Below are positions 28,780 to 38,153 of a DNA stretch of 64,000 nucleotides, one piece after another; the stretch's first letter is position 1; the number at the start of each line of letters is the position of its first letter. A program made the translations under genes and the position numbers. The notes under the pieces were generated by a model, which ran no database searches, was not told the origin of the DNA, and saw only the letters and a list, made by a program, of their open reading frames with translations. This stretch comes from a virus. Taxonomy: Duplodnaviria > Caudoviricetes. The DNA lies in IMG/VR virus record IMGVR_UViG_3300025671_008697. One strand, 5' to 3'.

Positions 28780-29934
28780 TTATTGAGCCAACAGTTTTTT
28801 AACTTCTGGTAAGTTTAAACTTTCTATGTTATAAATTTGGTCATTTGGATTATTTTTATTGTGCCAAAGCATATAACCTTCAAAATTATCTACAAGTTCG
28901 TCAACTATAATCTTTTTAAAATCTGTATAAAAATGTCGATAGTTGTGTTCTAACACTTCTTTCATATCCCAATACATTTCTTCAATTTTATCTTCTGGTA
29001 ACATTGCAATTTTTTCAACTTGATCACAGACCATCATTAATCGTTTTTCATTGTCTGGCTCACTGTCATAACTTTCATCTATCCATTTGTCAAAAGTCTT
29101 AAATCCATAGGACTTTAAGTATTCAAGATTTTTATAGGCGCCCAGCAGTATAAATGGACGTTGACTTACAATTGGTTTGAATATTTTTTCTGTAAGATGT
29201 AACTTTCGATCAAAGAAAACTGTTTCAGATACTATATGTAAAAAACAAGATTGCCACAGTGTGAATTCTTCTACTCCTAAGTGAGCACTTGCTGCACCTG
29301 TTACTTCTTTGTCTATGATATAATTATTTTTTATATGAGCAAGGTTAGTGTAAATTTTTATTTTTGATTTTTTTGAAAGTTTTGAGTTGGGATCGGCTAT
29401 TTCTTTTTTTGCAACATTTTTGTCATTTTTTATTATCTGTAGACTGACCATACCCTTATTCATAATTTTGCGTTCTTGTAACTCGCTAACAAAAAGCAGT
29501 CTGTGACTACGTAGTTGAGTACATAACCTATTAAAACTTAAAAATTTATTAGAAAATATAGGATCTTCTTTAGTAAAAAATTTGCAATCATTATACCAAT
29601 CTAAGCAGGCAAATCCATGAAAGAAATAATAGATATTATAAATTTCGTTTTTTCTGCAATATTGCTCTACTAAATTCGAATACTCGCTGGCAACTAAAAT
29701 TATTTTTTCGTTTGGATGAGCATATTTTGCAAAAATATTATCTAAAACATATTCTTGAACTGGCTCTTGATCATAATGATAAAAACAAGTACTAGATCTG
29801 TTTTCTGTTCCAAAGTTTACTGTTAGATCGTTTATGTCGATACTACCAAACAGCCAGAAATATATAATGTCAGCCTTGATTTTCTTAAATAAGTTACAGT
29901 ACAATACGTAGTATAGATTTTCAACGGAGAACAT
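28780..29934 (-). CDS. putative glycosyltransferase-like phage protein
   Basis: FLSFNR...HR, IVSETVF...LTEKIFKPIVSQRPF...GFKTF pattern; AT-rich. Confidence 0.55.
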   Translation of the reverse strand: MFSVENLYYVLYCNLFKKIKADIIYFWLFGSIDINDLTVNFGTENRSSTCFYHYDQEPVQEYVLDNIFAKYAHPNEKIILVASEYSNLVEQYCRKNEIYNIYYFFHGFACLDWYNDCKFFTKEDPIFSNKFLSFNRLCTQLRSHRLLFVSELQERKIMNKGMVSLQIIKNDKNVAKKEIADPNSKLSKKSKIKIYTNLAHIKNNYIIDKEVTGAASAHLGVEEFTLWQSCFLHIVSETVFFDRKLHLTEKIFKPIVSQRPFILLGAYKNLEYLKSYGFKTFDKWIDESYDSEPDNEKRLMMVCDQVEKIAMLPEDKIEEMYWDMKEVLEHNYRHFYTDFKKIIVDELVDNFEGYMLWHNKNNPNDQIYNIESLNLPEVKKLLAQ

Positions 29935-31185
29935 ATGTTAAATCAAAAAATTGGTTTTATCGGTATCGGTAAACTTGGGCTAGACTGTGCAGAAGTTATG
30001 GCTGAAAAACATGAAGTTAGAGGCTATGATATTTACCCTAGGCAAAGTGACACAGTAAAAGTTTGTGGTATTGAAGAACTAGTCAATGAAAGTGATTGGA
30101 TTTTCATTGCAGTGCCTACACCCCATGCAGAAGGTTACGACGGCAGCGTACCTAGCAGTCACATGGAGCCAAAAGATTTTGGCCACGATGCAGTAATCGA
30201 TGCTATTAAAAATGTAAACAAGTATGCAAAAACAAGTAAAAAGGTTGTGCTGATCAGCACAGTATTACCGGGAACAACCAGACGTAAATTTATCCCATTG
30301 TTAGATAGTAAACACGAGTTTTGTTACAATCCATATCTAATTGCTATGGGTTCAGTAAAATGGGATATGACTAACCCAGAAATGGTTATTGTTGGAACAG
30401 AGGACGGAGAAATCAGCGGCGTTGCAGGCGAACTAATTGACTTGTATAAAACAATTATGGAAAATGATCCACGCTATGAAGTTGGCACCTGGGATGAATG
30501 CGAAGCAATAAAAATCTTTTATAACACTTATATCAGCGCCAAAGTCGGCATCGTTAACATGATTCAGGACTTTGCCATGCGTATTGGTAATATTGACGTA
30601 GACGTTGTTACTAATGCATTAGCACGTAGTACTATGCGACTACAAGGCCCCAAGTACATGACTGCTGGAATGGGGGATGCAGGTGCATGCCATCCTAGAG
30701 ATAATATTGCCTTACGTTGGCTAGCAGAAGAATATGATATTGGATACGACTTGTTTGATACAATTATGCACGCTCGAGAGATTCAAGCAGAAAACTTGGC
30801 CAAATTCTTAATTGATCAAAGCAGGGACGCCGGGGATTTGCCAATTGTTATTCATGGTAAAGCCTATAAGCCAGACGTAGAATACTGTATTGGTAGTTAT
30901 AGTACACTAGTTGGACATTATGTTACTAAGCATAGTGGCAAATCTGTTATGTACGTTGACCCTTTGTCTGATGATCCAACTGACGTGGTTTCGGAAGTCA
31001 GAGAACCGGCTGTTTATCTATGGGCACACAATCGTAAAATTACCTACGAATATACCGGACAGCAAGAAGATACGCAACCATATACCGTAATTCAACCAGG
31101 CAGTATAATTGTAGATCCTTGGAGAAAACTAAAATCTACTGATACCGTAAAAGTTGTGCATTATGGTAACACAAGGGTACAGTGA
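29935..31185 (+). CDS. ugd: UDP-glucose/GDP-mannose dehydrogenase family protein
   Basis: GFIGIGKLG Rossmann motif, FIAVPTP, IKIFYNTYIS, catalytic GACHPRD, GKAYKP. Confidence 0.88.
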   Translation: MLNQKIGFIGIGKLGLDCAEVMAEKHEVRGYDIYPRQSDTVKVCGIEELVNESDWIFIAVPTPHAEGYDGSVPSSHMEPKDFGHDAVIDAIKNVNKYAKTSKKVVLISTVLPGTTRRKFIPLLDSKHEFCYNPYLIAMGSVKWDMTNPEMVIVGTEDGEISGVAGELIDLYKTIMENDPRYEVGTWDECEAIKIFYNTYISAKVGIVNMIQDFAMRIGNIDVDVVTNALARSTMRLQGPKYMTAGMGDAGACHPRDNIALRWLAEEYDIGYDLFDTIMHAREIQAENLAKFLIDQSRDAGDLPIVIHGKAYKPDVEYCIGSYSTLVGHYVTKHSGKSVMYVDPLSDDPTDVVSEVREPAVYLWAHNRKITYEYTGQQEDTQPYTVIQPGSIIVDPWRKLKSTDTVKVVHYGNTRVQ

Positions 31186-31681
31186 AGATTACATAAAACC
31201 TTTTTGGGATGACAGTTATAAAAGATTGCACTATATCCAAGAAGGTTTTAATGACATTGACAGTGTAAACCGTTGGCGTAATCAAGGTTACAGTAATCAG
31301 TTCACTGGTTATATGTGCGACATGTGCAGTCCGCAGCCAGAGTGGAATCACCAATTTATTGAGCACTTTAGTAATAAAGGTTGGCGTGATATTGGTACCA
31401 GTTACTATAGAATGGATACTAGTACAGTCCTACCTGTTCATAAAGATTTGTACAAAAAATACGTAGAACTTTTCAATTTACAAGGAAAAGAATCCACAAT
31501 CTATCGAGCAATTATATTTCTTGAAGATTGGCAAAGTGGACATTATGCTGAATATAACGGCGAACCGTATGTAAATTGGCTCGCAGGCAATGTCGTAGAA
31601 TGGCAGTATGATTTAACGCACATGGCCGCAAACTTGGGATTAACGCCCAGATACACACTGCAAATCACAGGTCACGTTTGA
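31163..31681 (+). CDS. putative 2OG-Fe(II) oxygenase/cupin-fold protein
   Basis: LPVHKD (HxD)...FLEDWQSGH...HMAANLG...RYTLQITG. Confidence 0.6.
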   Translation: MVTQGYSEDYIKPFWDDSYKRLHYIQEGFNDIDSVNRWRNQGYSNQFTGYMCDMCSPQPEWNHQFIEHFSNKGWRDIGTSYYRMDTSTVLPVHKDLYKKYVELFNLQGKESTIYRAIIFLEDWQSGHYAEYNGEPYVNWLAGNVVEWQYDLTHMAANLGLTPRYTLQITGHV

Positions 31682-32598
31682 TGTTAAACAGTCATAATGA
31701 ATGGGACACTCTTAAAGAAATTGTTGTAGGCAAAGCGGATTACGCTAATTGGCCCAGTAATGATCCAGTGTTTGCTAAAGAAAGTGAACGCACACTTTGG
31801 AAAGAATCTCCTGTGCCCAGCGGTCCTATACCTCAACAGATCATCGATGAATCTAACGAAGACTTGGAAGCATTGTGCGATGCACTACGCAAGGAAAGTG
31901 TCATCGTACATAGACCTAACGACATCAACTTCCAAGAGTCAGGTGGCATGTATAACTACTGCCCCAGAGATAGATTAATTGTTGCAGGATCAGAAATAGT
32001 GGACTGCAACATGATGTATCCTTGCCGCAACATGGAAATATTTGCACTACCTATGGTCACTAAACAAGCAAGTATGATACGTGTCATGCCCAGACATGAA
32101 GATATGATATTGGATGCTGCTAACATATGCAGGCTAGGAGACACGTGGTTATATTTGTTAAGCCACAGTGGTAACCAAGCAGCATTGGAATGGTTACGAG
32201 AGCAGTATCCTGAAAAGACTATCGAAGCCTGTAACTTTTATTCTGGCGTGCATATTGACAGCACTATTGTGCCAATTAGAGAAGGCGTAGCGTTAGTTAA
32301 TGGGTCAAGAGTTAAACCAGACAATCTGCCGCATGCATTGAAAGATTGGCATTGTGTTTATATCAACGATGTTGTGGCACAGGATTTTTATCAGTATCCT
32401 TATGCCAGTAAATGGATCGCGCTCAACATGCTAATGGTAAATCCCTACCTCGCAGTGGTTGATAAAAATCAGAAAGAGTTAATTAAGACCTTGCAAAAAT
32501 TAAATGTAGAAGTTATAATGTTAGAACTAAGACATAGTAGAACACTAGGCGGTGGGTTCCATTGTGTTACACTTGATTTATTTCGTGAACATCAATAA
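31678..32598 (+). CDS. amidinotransferase (glycine/inosamine-phosphate amidinotransferase family)
   Basis: SHNEWDTLKEIVVG, NYCPRD, DAAN, HIDST, C-terminal GGGFHCVTLD. Confidence 0.92.
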   Translation: MMLNSHNEWDTLKEIVVGKADYANWPSNDPVFAKESERTLWKESPVPSGPIPQQIIDESNEDLEALCDALRKESVIVHRPNDINFQESGGMYNYCPRDRLIVAGSEIVDCNMMYPCRNMEIFALPMVTKQASMIRVMPRHEDMILDAANICRLGDTWLYLLSHSGNQAALEWLREQYPEKTIEACNFYSGVHIDSTIVPIREGVALVNGSRVKPDNLPHALKDWHCVYINDVVAQDFYQYPYASKWIALNMLMVNPYLAVVDKNQKELIKTLQKLNVEVIMLELRHSRTLGGGFHCVTLDLFREHQ

Positions 32599-32627
32599 AT
32601 AACTAATTAATTTTAATAATAAAAAGA

Positions 32628-33347
32628 ATGCAGAGTTTTATAGATTATAGCGACATTATTTTTGACGCTTTTTGCCTACACAGCAAAACCAAAGACATAG
32701 TAGACCGTAAACAAGAAATCCTAACAAAGATTCAAGAACACTACAATCAAGGCGCCAGCACGATTTTGTTTGTGGGATTTAATCCTGCAATATTGGCCTG
32801 CCCAGTCGACAATATCTATGTAGCAGAAGTCAGTGACCGTGTGTTAACATGGTTACAGGAACAAAACAAACGAGTATCGCTATTCAAAAACGAACCAATG
32901 AAATTTGACATAGTGGTAGCGTTTGATGAATACTTGACGTTTGCTGACACCGAAGACCAACAGAAGTACTTGGTAGATAACTTGTGCAACCTTAGCACTG
33001 GTTTAGTTATTACTACAGTCAAAGATTACAAGAATCAGGAATTCAAAGACAGAGAATACAGCCAACCTGCAATTATTAAAGCCAACAATCGCATGACTGC
33101 GTTTACCGAAATACACGATTGGGATCACGCTGACAAGAACAGTTGGAGCACCATGGTCTACGAACTACAAGGTACAGATACCAAGTGCCATGGAGTATAT
33201 CGTAGACGAGCACTTTATTTCAAACAGTTAGCCAAATTTACTTTGGACAAAGGTGCCGCCGGATTTTTGGTTCACAAAAATTTAATGTACAAGAGTTTGA
33301 TTAAAAAGAACTACGAACACGTTATCAGTATCCATTTTGAGGATTGA
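32628..33347 (+). CDS. hypothetical protein, possible degenerate class I methyltransferase fold
   Basis: TILFVGFNPA and KFDIVVAFDE resemble motifs I and IV only weakly. Confidence 0.45.
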   Translation: MQSFIDYSDIIFDAFCLHSKTKDIVDRKQEILTKIQEHYNQGASTILFVGFNPAILACPVDNIYVAEVSDRVLTWLQEQNKRVSLFKNEPMKFDIVVAFDEYLTFADTEDQQKYLVDNLCNLSTGLVITTVKDYKNQEFKDREYSQPAIIKANNRMTAFTEIHDWDHADKNSWSTMVYELQGTDTKCHGVYRRRALYFKQLAKFTLDKGAAGFLVHKNLMYKSLIKKNYEHVISIHFED

Positions 33348-33378
33348 CAATAATAGTTAAAAGTCATACAATACAAGT

Positions 33379-34086
33379 ATGTACTATGTTTTCGACGTTG
33401 ACGGCACACTGACACCCAGTAGAGGCTTGATTGATCCCGAATTTTGCCGGTTTTTAATTGGCTCTGCTCAAAAAGACAGTTTAGTTTTGGTAACAGGAAG
33501 CGACAGCGCCAAAACAGTTGAGCAGATCGGCGAAACGCTATTTCGTGCAGTAGAATACAGTTTTAACTGTAGTGGCAATGTAGTCTATCACCGCGGCGGC
33601 TTAATATTTACTAGCGATTGGGAATTGCCAGAGGCTCCTTGGCAGTGGTTAGAAAATCAATTATACAAAAGTGAATATCCTTGGAAGTTTGGTAGACACT
33701 TTGAACAACGTCCCGGGCTATTGAATTTTAGTTTTGTAGGCAGGAATGCCACAGGCAATAACCGAACAGAATACTATGAATGGGATCGACGCACCAATCA
33801 AAGAGCACAACTCTGCAATCAGTTTAATAGAAAGTTTCCAGATTTGGAAGCACAGATAGGCGGCGAAACTGGAGTTGACATTTTCCCCAAAGGAAAAGAC
33901 AAAGCACAGATTCTAGATTGGCTTACGGGACCTGTGTGCTTTTTTGGTGATAGGCTAGATCCAGAAGGCAACGACAGACCCTTGGCAGATAGAATTCAAA
34001 AGGACAAGCGTGGAGCAAGTTATGCAGTTAGAAATTGGCGGGACACATGGCAACTTTTAAAACTAATGAATCTAGTCCAAGAATAG
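33379..34086 (+). CDS. HAD-IIB phosphomannomutase (eukaryotic-type PMM)
   Basis: FDVDGTLT, VTGSD, EQRPGLLNFS, GGETGVDIFPKGKDK, FFGD...GND. Confidence 0.88.
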   Translation: MYYVFDVDGTLTPSRGLIDPEFCRFLIGSAQKDSLVLVTGSDSAKTVEQIGETLFRAVEYSFNCSGNVVYHRGGLIFTSDWELPEAPWQWLENQLYKSEYPWKFGRHFEQRPGLLNFSFVGRNATGNNRTEYYEWDRRTNQRAQLCNQFNRKFPDLEAQIGGETGVDIFPKGKDKAQILDWLTGPVCFFGDRLDPEGNDRPLADRIQKDKRGASYAVRNWRDTWQLLKLMNLVQE

Positions 34087-35102
34087 GCTTTGCCTGTAAA
34101 TGGATTGACACATCAGAACAAATTGATGGCATCAAACCCAAAGATGATGCTAAAAAGTACAACACTGGTACAACCACAATCACTTGGTTAAATAAACAAA
34201 CAAGGGAAGCTGCCGAGCAACGGCTATGGGACCTTATGGTCCAAAACATTGAATCTACTAGACTGCTAGTGGAGCGAGTAGGAGAACTAGATGAAAACTT
34301 ACGCATGGTTAGGCTTAGTAGCGATATCTTACCTGCTTATACTGAGCCCAATTGGAGTTACTTCTGGCAACGTAGAGATGTTCGTGAATACTGCGATTTT
34401 CATTTTAGCGTTCTCGGCGACAGTGCTCGCAAAAGCCGGACTCGTCTTAGTTTTCATCCTGGCCAGTTTACTGTGTTGGCTAGCGATAACCCCGACGTCG
34501 TCCAACGAAGCATAGAGGAGTTTGAGTATCATGCAGATATGGCCAGGTGGATGGGCTATGGTAGAGAATTTCAAGACTTCAAGATCAATGTTCACATCGC
34601 GGGTCGAGCCGGCCCAGAAGGCATTAAACGAGCGCTCACGAAACTCTCGCCTGAAGCAAGAAATTGTATCACAATCGAAAACGACGAAATATCCTGGGGA
34701 CTCGACGCCAGCCTCGAACTACGGGAAGATCTCGCTTTGGTGTTAGACATACACCACCATTTTATTAAGACAGGAGAATATATTGAAGCCACTGACCCAC
34801 GTATTCAACAAGTTGTTGATAGTTGGCGTGGTGTGCGTCCTGTTATACATTACAGCATTAGCCCTGAAAGCGTACTCAACGACCATAGCCGTTCAGATAG
34901 ACCAAGTTTGGAGTTTTTGCTCGAGTCTGGTTATAAAAAGCAAAAACTAAGAGCCCACAGTGACTTCTATTGGAATAGTGCAGTTAATGAATGGGCACTG
35001 ACACATAATGGGTGGGCAGACATTATGTGCGAATCAAAAGCCAAAAATTTAGCCAGTTTTGAACTGGCTAAATTCGGTAAGGAACACAATCTAATTACTT
35101 AG
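34047..35102 (+). CDS. uvsE: UV damage endonuclease UvdE/UvsE
   Basis: RIGFAC, RLSSD, RLSFHPGQF, IENDE, LVLDIHHH, AHSD, DIMCESKAK. Confidence 0.93.
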   Translation: MATFKTNESSPRIGFACKWIDTSEQIDGIKPKDDAKKYNTGTTTITWLNKQTREAAEQRLWDLMVQNIESTRLLVERVGELDENLRMVRLSSDILPAYTEPNWSYFWQRRDVREYCDFHFSVLGDSARKSRTRLSFHPGQFTVLASDNPDVVQRSIEEFEYHADMARWMGYGREFQDFKINVHIAGRAGPEGIKRALTKLSPEARNCITIENDEISWGLDASLELREDLALVLDIHHHFIKTGEYIEATDPRIQQVVDSWRGVRPVIHYSISPESVLNDHSRSDRPSLEFLLESGYKKQKLRAHSDFYWNSAVNEWALTHNGWADIMCESKAKNLASFELAKFGKEHNLIT

Positions 35103-35454
35103 ACTTTTTTGTTCCTGAAGTTTTTTTAGCAGGTGCTTTCTTGGCAGCAGTCTTAGTGGCTGCTGTCTTTTTGGCTGCTGTAGTTTTCTTGGCAGGTGCC
35201 TTCTTAGCGGCAGTGCTTTTTGCTGCTACTGCTTTAGGTTTAGGCTCTGCGTCTTTTTTTACACCAACTGCTGTTGGAAAAGGCCACTCACCTTGTTGTA
35301 AACTTGGTGGTTCAATTTTGTAAGGTGCTGCCGCTTCTTGAGCCCGGCGTGTAGCGGCTTCCATGGCTGAGTCCTCATGCTCTCTACCTTTTTGAAAACT
35401 ACGGTAAATTACATAACCACCAACTGCTACTACTGCAATAATTAATGCTTCCAT
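35095..35454 (-). CDS. membrane-anchored protein with Lys/Ala-rich (histone H1-like) tail
   Basis: N-terminal TM; AAKKAPAKKTTAAKK repeats. Confidence 0.65.
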   Translation of the reverse strand: MEALIIAVVAVGGYVIYRSFQKGREHEDSAMEAATRRAQEAAAPYKIEPPSLQQGEWPFPTAVGVKKDAEPKPKAVAAKSTAAKKAPAKKTTAAKKTAATKTAAKKAPAKKTSGTKKSK

Positions 35455-35465
35455 TGTGTTTTTCC

Positions 35466-36098
35466 TTATTGTTGATCAGCGAACTCTAGTTTCGTTCTCA
35501 AGTAATTTAGTAAAACACCATACGCTGGTAAGAACACTACCAAACCAACTAACATCTTAACGATTGTTTGGTTGAATGCAACATCGCCAACCCAGGGTGC
35601 TGGATAAAACGCTGTGTAAAAGAACGTATATGTGTCAATAATGTTTGCAGCCAATGTACTGACAGCAGGTGCAATCCACCAATTGTCTGCCCACTTTTCA
35701 CGAATATGTTGGAATACATAAACGTCAAGCATGGTACCTACACCATAAGCAACACCACTGGCCAAACCAATGCGTAATGCTTTTTCCCAGGGAGCGCCGC
35801 CCAAACCAATTACCAAAATACTGGCAATGATTGCAGGGACGATAGCCATTGCTACAACTGCTCTTCCTGTCTGCTTACCTAACATGCGTACAGTTAAGTC
35901 TGTACCAACTACAACCAATGGGAAAGTAAAGGCTGCGGCTGCTAATGGAAAGTTACCAAAAAATGGTAATTCTGCACCAGGGAAAAGGTCGAATTTAAAT
36001 TGAACAAGCCAATTGCTAACTGCAATGACTAGGGTGTGAAGTACGACTAGTTTTTTAACTAGAGCACTATCAACACCTTCAAGTAATTTACTAAACAT
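35466..36098 (-). CDS. yhhQ: queuosine precursor (preQ0/preQ1) transporter, VUT family
   Basis: IAVSNWLVQ, AFTFPLVVVGTDLTVR, ALRIGLAS, LDVYVFQ, AVSTLAANIIDTYTFFYTAFY. Confidence 0.85.
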   Translation of the reverse strand: MFSKLLEGVDSALVKKLVVLHTLVIAVSNWLVQFKFDLFPGAELPFFGNFPLAAAAFTFPLVVVGTDLTVRMLGKQTGRAVVAMAIVPAIIASILVIGLGGAPWEKALRIGLASGVAYGVGTMLDVYVFQHIREKWADNWWIAPAVSTLAANIIDTYTFFYTAFYPAPWVGDVAFNQTIVKMLVGLVVFLPAYGVLLNYLRTKLEFADQQ

Positions 36099-36292
36099 TG
36101 AGATCTCCTTGTTCGTTGATTAGTGTATTATTTACGACCCGTGCGGTAAGGAAAAAAATTATTAAGAATTAGTATTCAGGTACTAATTCTGCACTTGACT
36201 TTGTTTTTGTGCCTGTGTACAATATAAATACTTTGTAGAGATGCTGCATGGTGCGGGTCTCACAGTAACATTTCGTCTTAAGGAGAAACACA

Positions 36293-36571
36293 ATGTTCAC
36301 AATGGATACAGTAATCGACGCCGTTCAAACAGGCAAAAAAGAATTCGTAAAAACCTTTGTTCGTCAAGAAGACATGGCTGACGTCATGAACCGTTATATT
36401 GACATTCAAACAGACTATGCTAAAGATGCTACCAAGTTGGCGACAGAAAGCATGGCTATTGTTGGTAAGCAAGCACAACAGGCTTTTGAAACTTTTGCTA
36501 AGTTTGACTTTATTAAATTTGGCAATGACATGACCAAAGCATTTCAAACTGCTACAGCCAAAGCCAAATAA
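36293..36571 (+). CDS. phasin-like protein
   Basis: Small helical protein (MFTMDTVIDAVQTGKKEFVKTFV...IDIQTDYAK) like betaproteobacterial/phage phasin-family proteins; AAGGAG RBS. Confidence 0.55.
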   Translation: MFTMDTVIDAVQTGKKEFVKTFVRQEDMADVMNRYIDIQTDYAKDATKLATESMAIVGKQAQQAFETFAKFDFIKFGNDMTKAFQTATAKAK

Positions 36572-36592
36572 TAATACTTTAGTATTATAGAT

Positions 36593-36616
36593 AAACCCGC
36601 CTAGTGCGGGTTTTTT
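36593..36616 (+). terminator. intrinsic terminator
   Basis: aaacccgc-ctagt-gcgggttttt. Confidence 0.85.
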
Positions 36617-36678
36617 ATTGGTTGACACGAATTCCCTATTTTAGTACAATTACCATATCGTAATTAGTTGGAGCCTGA

Positions 36679-36879
36679 ATGGCACACTATAGTTTCACAC
36701 CTGCTCGCAAGTTTGAACCCCGCAAGGGTTTGGAAGGACCTTTTTATTACAGTTCGGGCAGAGTTCTTTACTATGACCCAAAGCAGGGCGAATACTACGA
36801 CCCCACCACGGACTTTTATGTCAGTCATGAAGAAGTCCTGGAATTGCAACAACAAGACTTCAAGGTATTGGCACGATGA
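36679..36879 (+). CDS. hypothetical protein
   Basis: GLEGPFYYSSGRVLYYDPKQGEYYDP; TTGACA..TACAAT promoter upstream. Confidence 0.65.
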   Translation: MAHYSFTPARKFEPRKGLEGPFYYSSGRVLYYDPKQGEYYDPTTDFYVSHEEVLELQQQDFKVLAR

Positions 36880-37607
36880 AACTGGGCAATCTTTTTCTCT
36901 ATAACGATGCAGTTGAACGTCTAAAGTCTAGGCATTGGTATCGTTATAACTCCGGTGCCACTCGTGAAAGTGACCAATTGCTGACTTTTACGCTGTCAGA
37001 AACTGCGGCACAGGACAGTGAAACTAACTTCGAGTATCTTCGCGAGTTTGCCCGTCGACACAGAGCGCCCTACTTTATCATCACCGACTATGGTGTACAA
37101 TTTGTTGGGCATGATCACGAAATACTTAAAACTGAGTTTATCACTGTAAGAATGATAGATGATTATCACACTTACCGAGAAAATGCCACAGACCACTATT
37201 ACTACCGAGATCAGAGTCTGTCATCAATAATGAATGAACGTAATTATCAAGGTGATGACACCGACCGGTATGCTAGTCAGTTTGACAGTTGGCGCATGGG
37301 CGGGTGTTGGGTGTTGCCCAAACGCCGAGGATTTTACAACACCGAGACTGGCGAAAAAATCTCCAACCGTCGTCAACAGATTGAAACTCTTTGGAAACTG
37401 GGTTTCATGAGTCGTCGTGGCAGACCTATAACTGCGGCCAGTCCCAGTGTCAGCATCACACGAGACGAAGTCAATGAACTGATAAGGCTGCTCCATAACA
37501 TTGAACGAAAACACAAATCGGGCAAACCCCCCAATGAATTTACCGTAACCATTCATAGGTTATACAGACGTGTTATTCGTTACTGCGCTTGGCCCGGGTT
37601 TTGGTAA
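36876..37607 (+). CDS. hypothetical protein
   Basis: ATGA-coupled; stop is the first codon of the repeat. Confidence 0.6.
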   Translation: MKLGNLFLYNDAVERLKSRHWYRYNSGATRESDQLLTFTLSETAAQDSETNFEYLREFARRHRAPYFIITDYGVQFVGHDHEILKTEFITVRMIDDYHTYRENATDHYYYRDQSLSSIMNERNYQGDDTDRYASQFDSWRMGGCWVLPKRRGFYNTETGEKISNRRQQIETLWKLGFMSRRGRPITAASPSVSITRDEVNELIRLLHNIERKHKSGKPPNEFTVTIHRLYRRVIRYCAWPGFW

Positions 37608-37681
37608 TACTAAAGTAGTACTTGCTCTAAAATACCATTTTCGCTTATAATACACTTACATTGAAACAAAAGGAGTTTGAA

Positions 37682-37825
37682 ATGTACACCTGGAGATATC
37701 GAGTAAAACTGCAAGGCGGCGGCGAAATTGAAACCACAATGTCTGGTTACAGTGACAGTGAATGTGCCCGAGCACTACAGTCCATGTATCCTGGAGCTTG
37801 GGTAATTTGCCTGGGTATGTGTTAG
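37682..37825 (+). CDS. small hypothetical protein (47 aa) in promoter array
   Basis: Not in track; MYTWRYRVKLQGGGEIETTMSGYSDSECARALQSMYPGAWVICLGMC*. Confidence 0.7.
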   Translation: MYTWRYRVKLQGGGEIETTMSGYSDSECARALQSMYPGAWVICLGMC

Positions 37826-37899
37826 TACTAAAGTAGTACTTGCTCGAAAATACCATTTTCGCTTATAATTGACTTACATTGAAACAAAAGGAGTTTGAA

Positions 37900-38085
37900 A
37901 TGTACGCATATGATAACATTGGTAAGCGGGCTGTGTGGCATAAACTCGGTGTGAAGTTTGAGACTGGCGCTTGGTATGAAATCAAAGTGTTTGCAATGAG
38001 TTTAGAAAGTGCCCAGGCTATGGCAGAGGCTAAGGCAGAGACCGAAGGTCATAAAATAGTTGCATGGGCATGTGCTAGTACTTAA
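37900..38085 (+). CDS. small hypothetical protein in promoter array
   Basis: AAGGAG RBS; MYAYDNIGKRAVWHK... Confidence 0.7.
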   Translation: MYAYDNIGKRAVWHKLGVKFETGAWYEIKVFAMSLESAQAMAEAKAETEGHKIVAWACAST

Positions 38086-38153
38086 GTAGTACTTGCTCGA
38101 AAATACCATTTTCGCTTATAATTGACTTACATTGAAACAAAAGGAGCCACAGT

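Larger units (their letters stand above)
37604..38146 (+). repeat. three tandem ~75-bp promoter/RBS repeats separated by small ORFs
   Basis: TACTAAAGTAGTACTTGCTC-AAAATACCATTTTCGCTTATAAT-ACTTACATTGAAACAAAAGGAG at about 37604, 37823 and 38076. Confidence 0.92.

Noticed and set aside
36099-36200. preQ1 riboswitch upstream of yhhQ
   Set aside because: The reverse complement shows only TAAATA and an AAGGAG RBS, with no recognisable preQ1-I/II aptamer.
37604-38146. CRISPR interpretation of the three repeats
   Set aside because: Repeats are about 75 bp and contain -35, -10 and SD elements; spacers are 140-190 bp intact ORFs; no cas operon. Reported as a promoter array instead.
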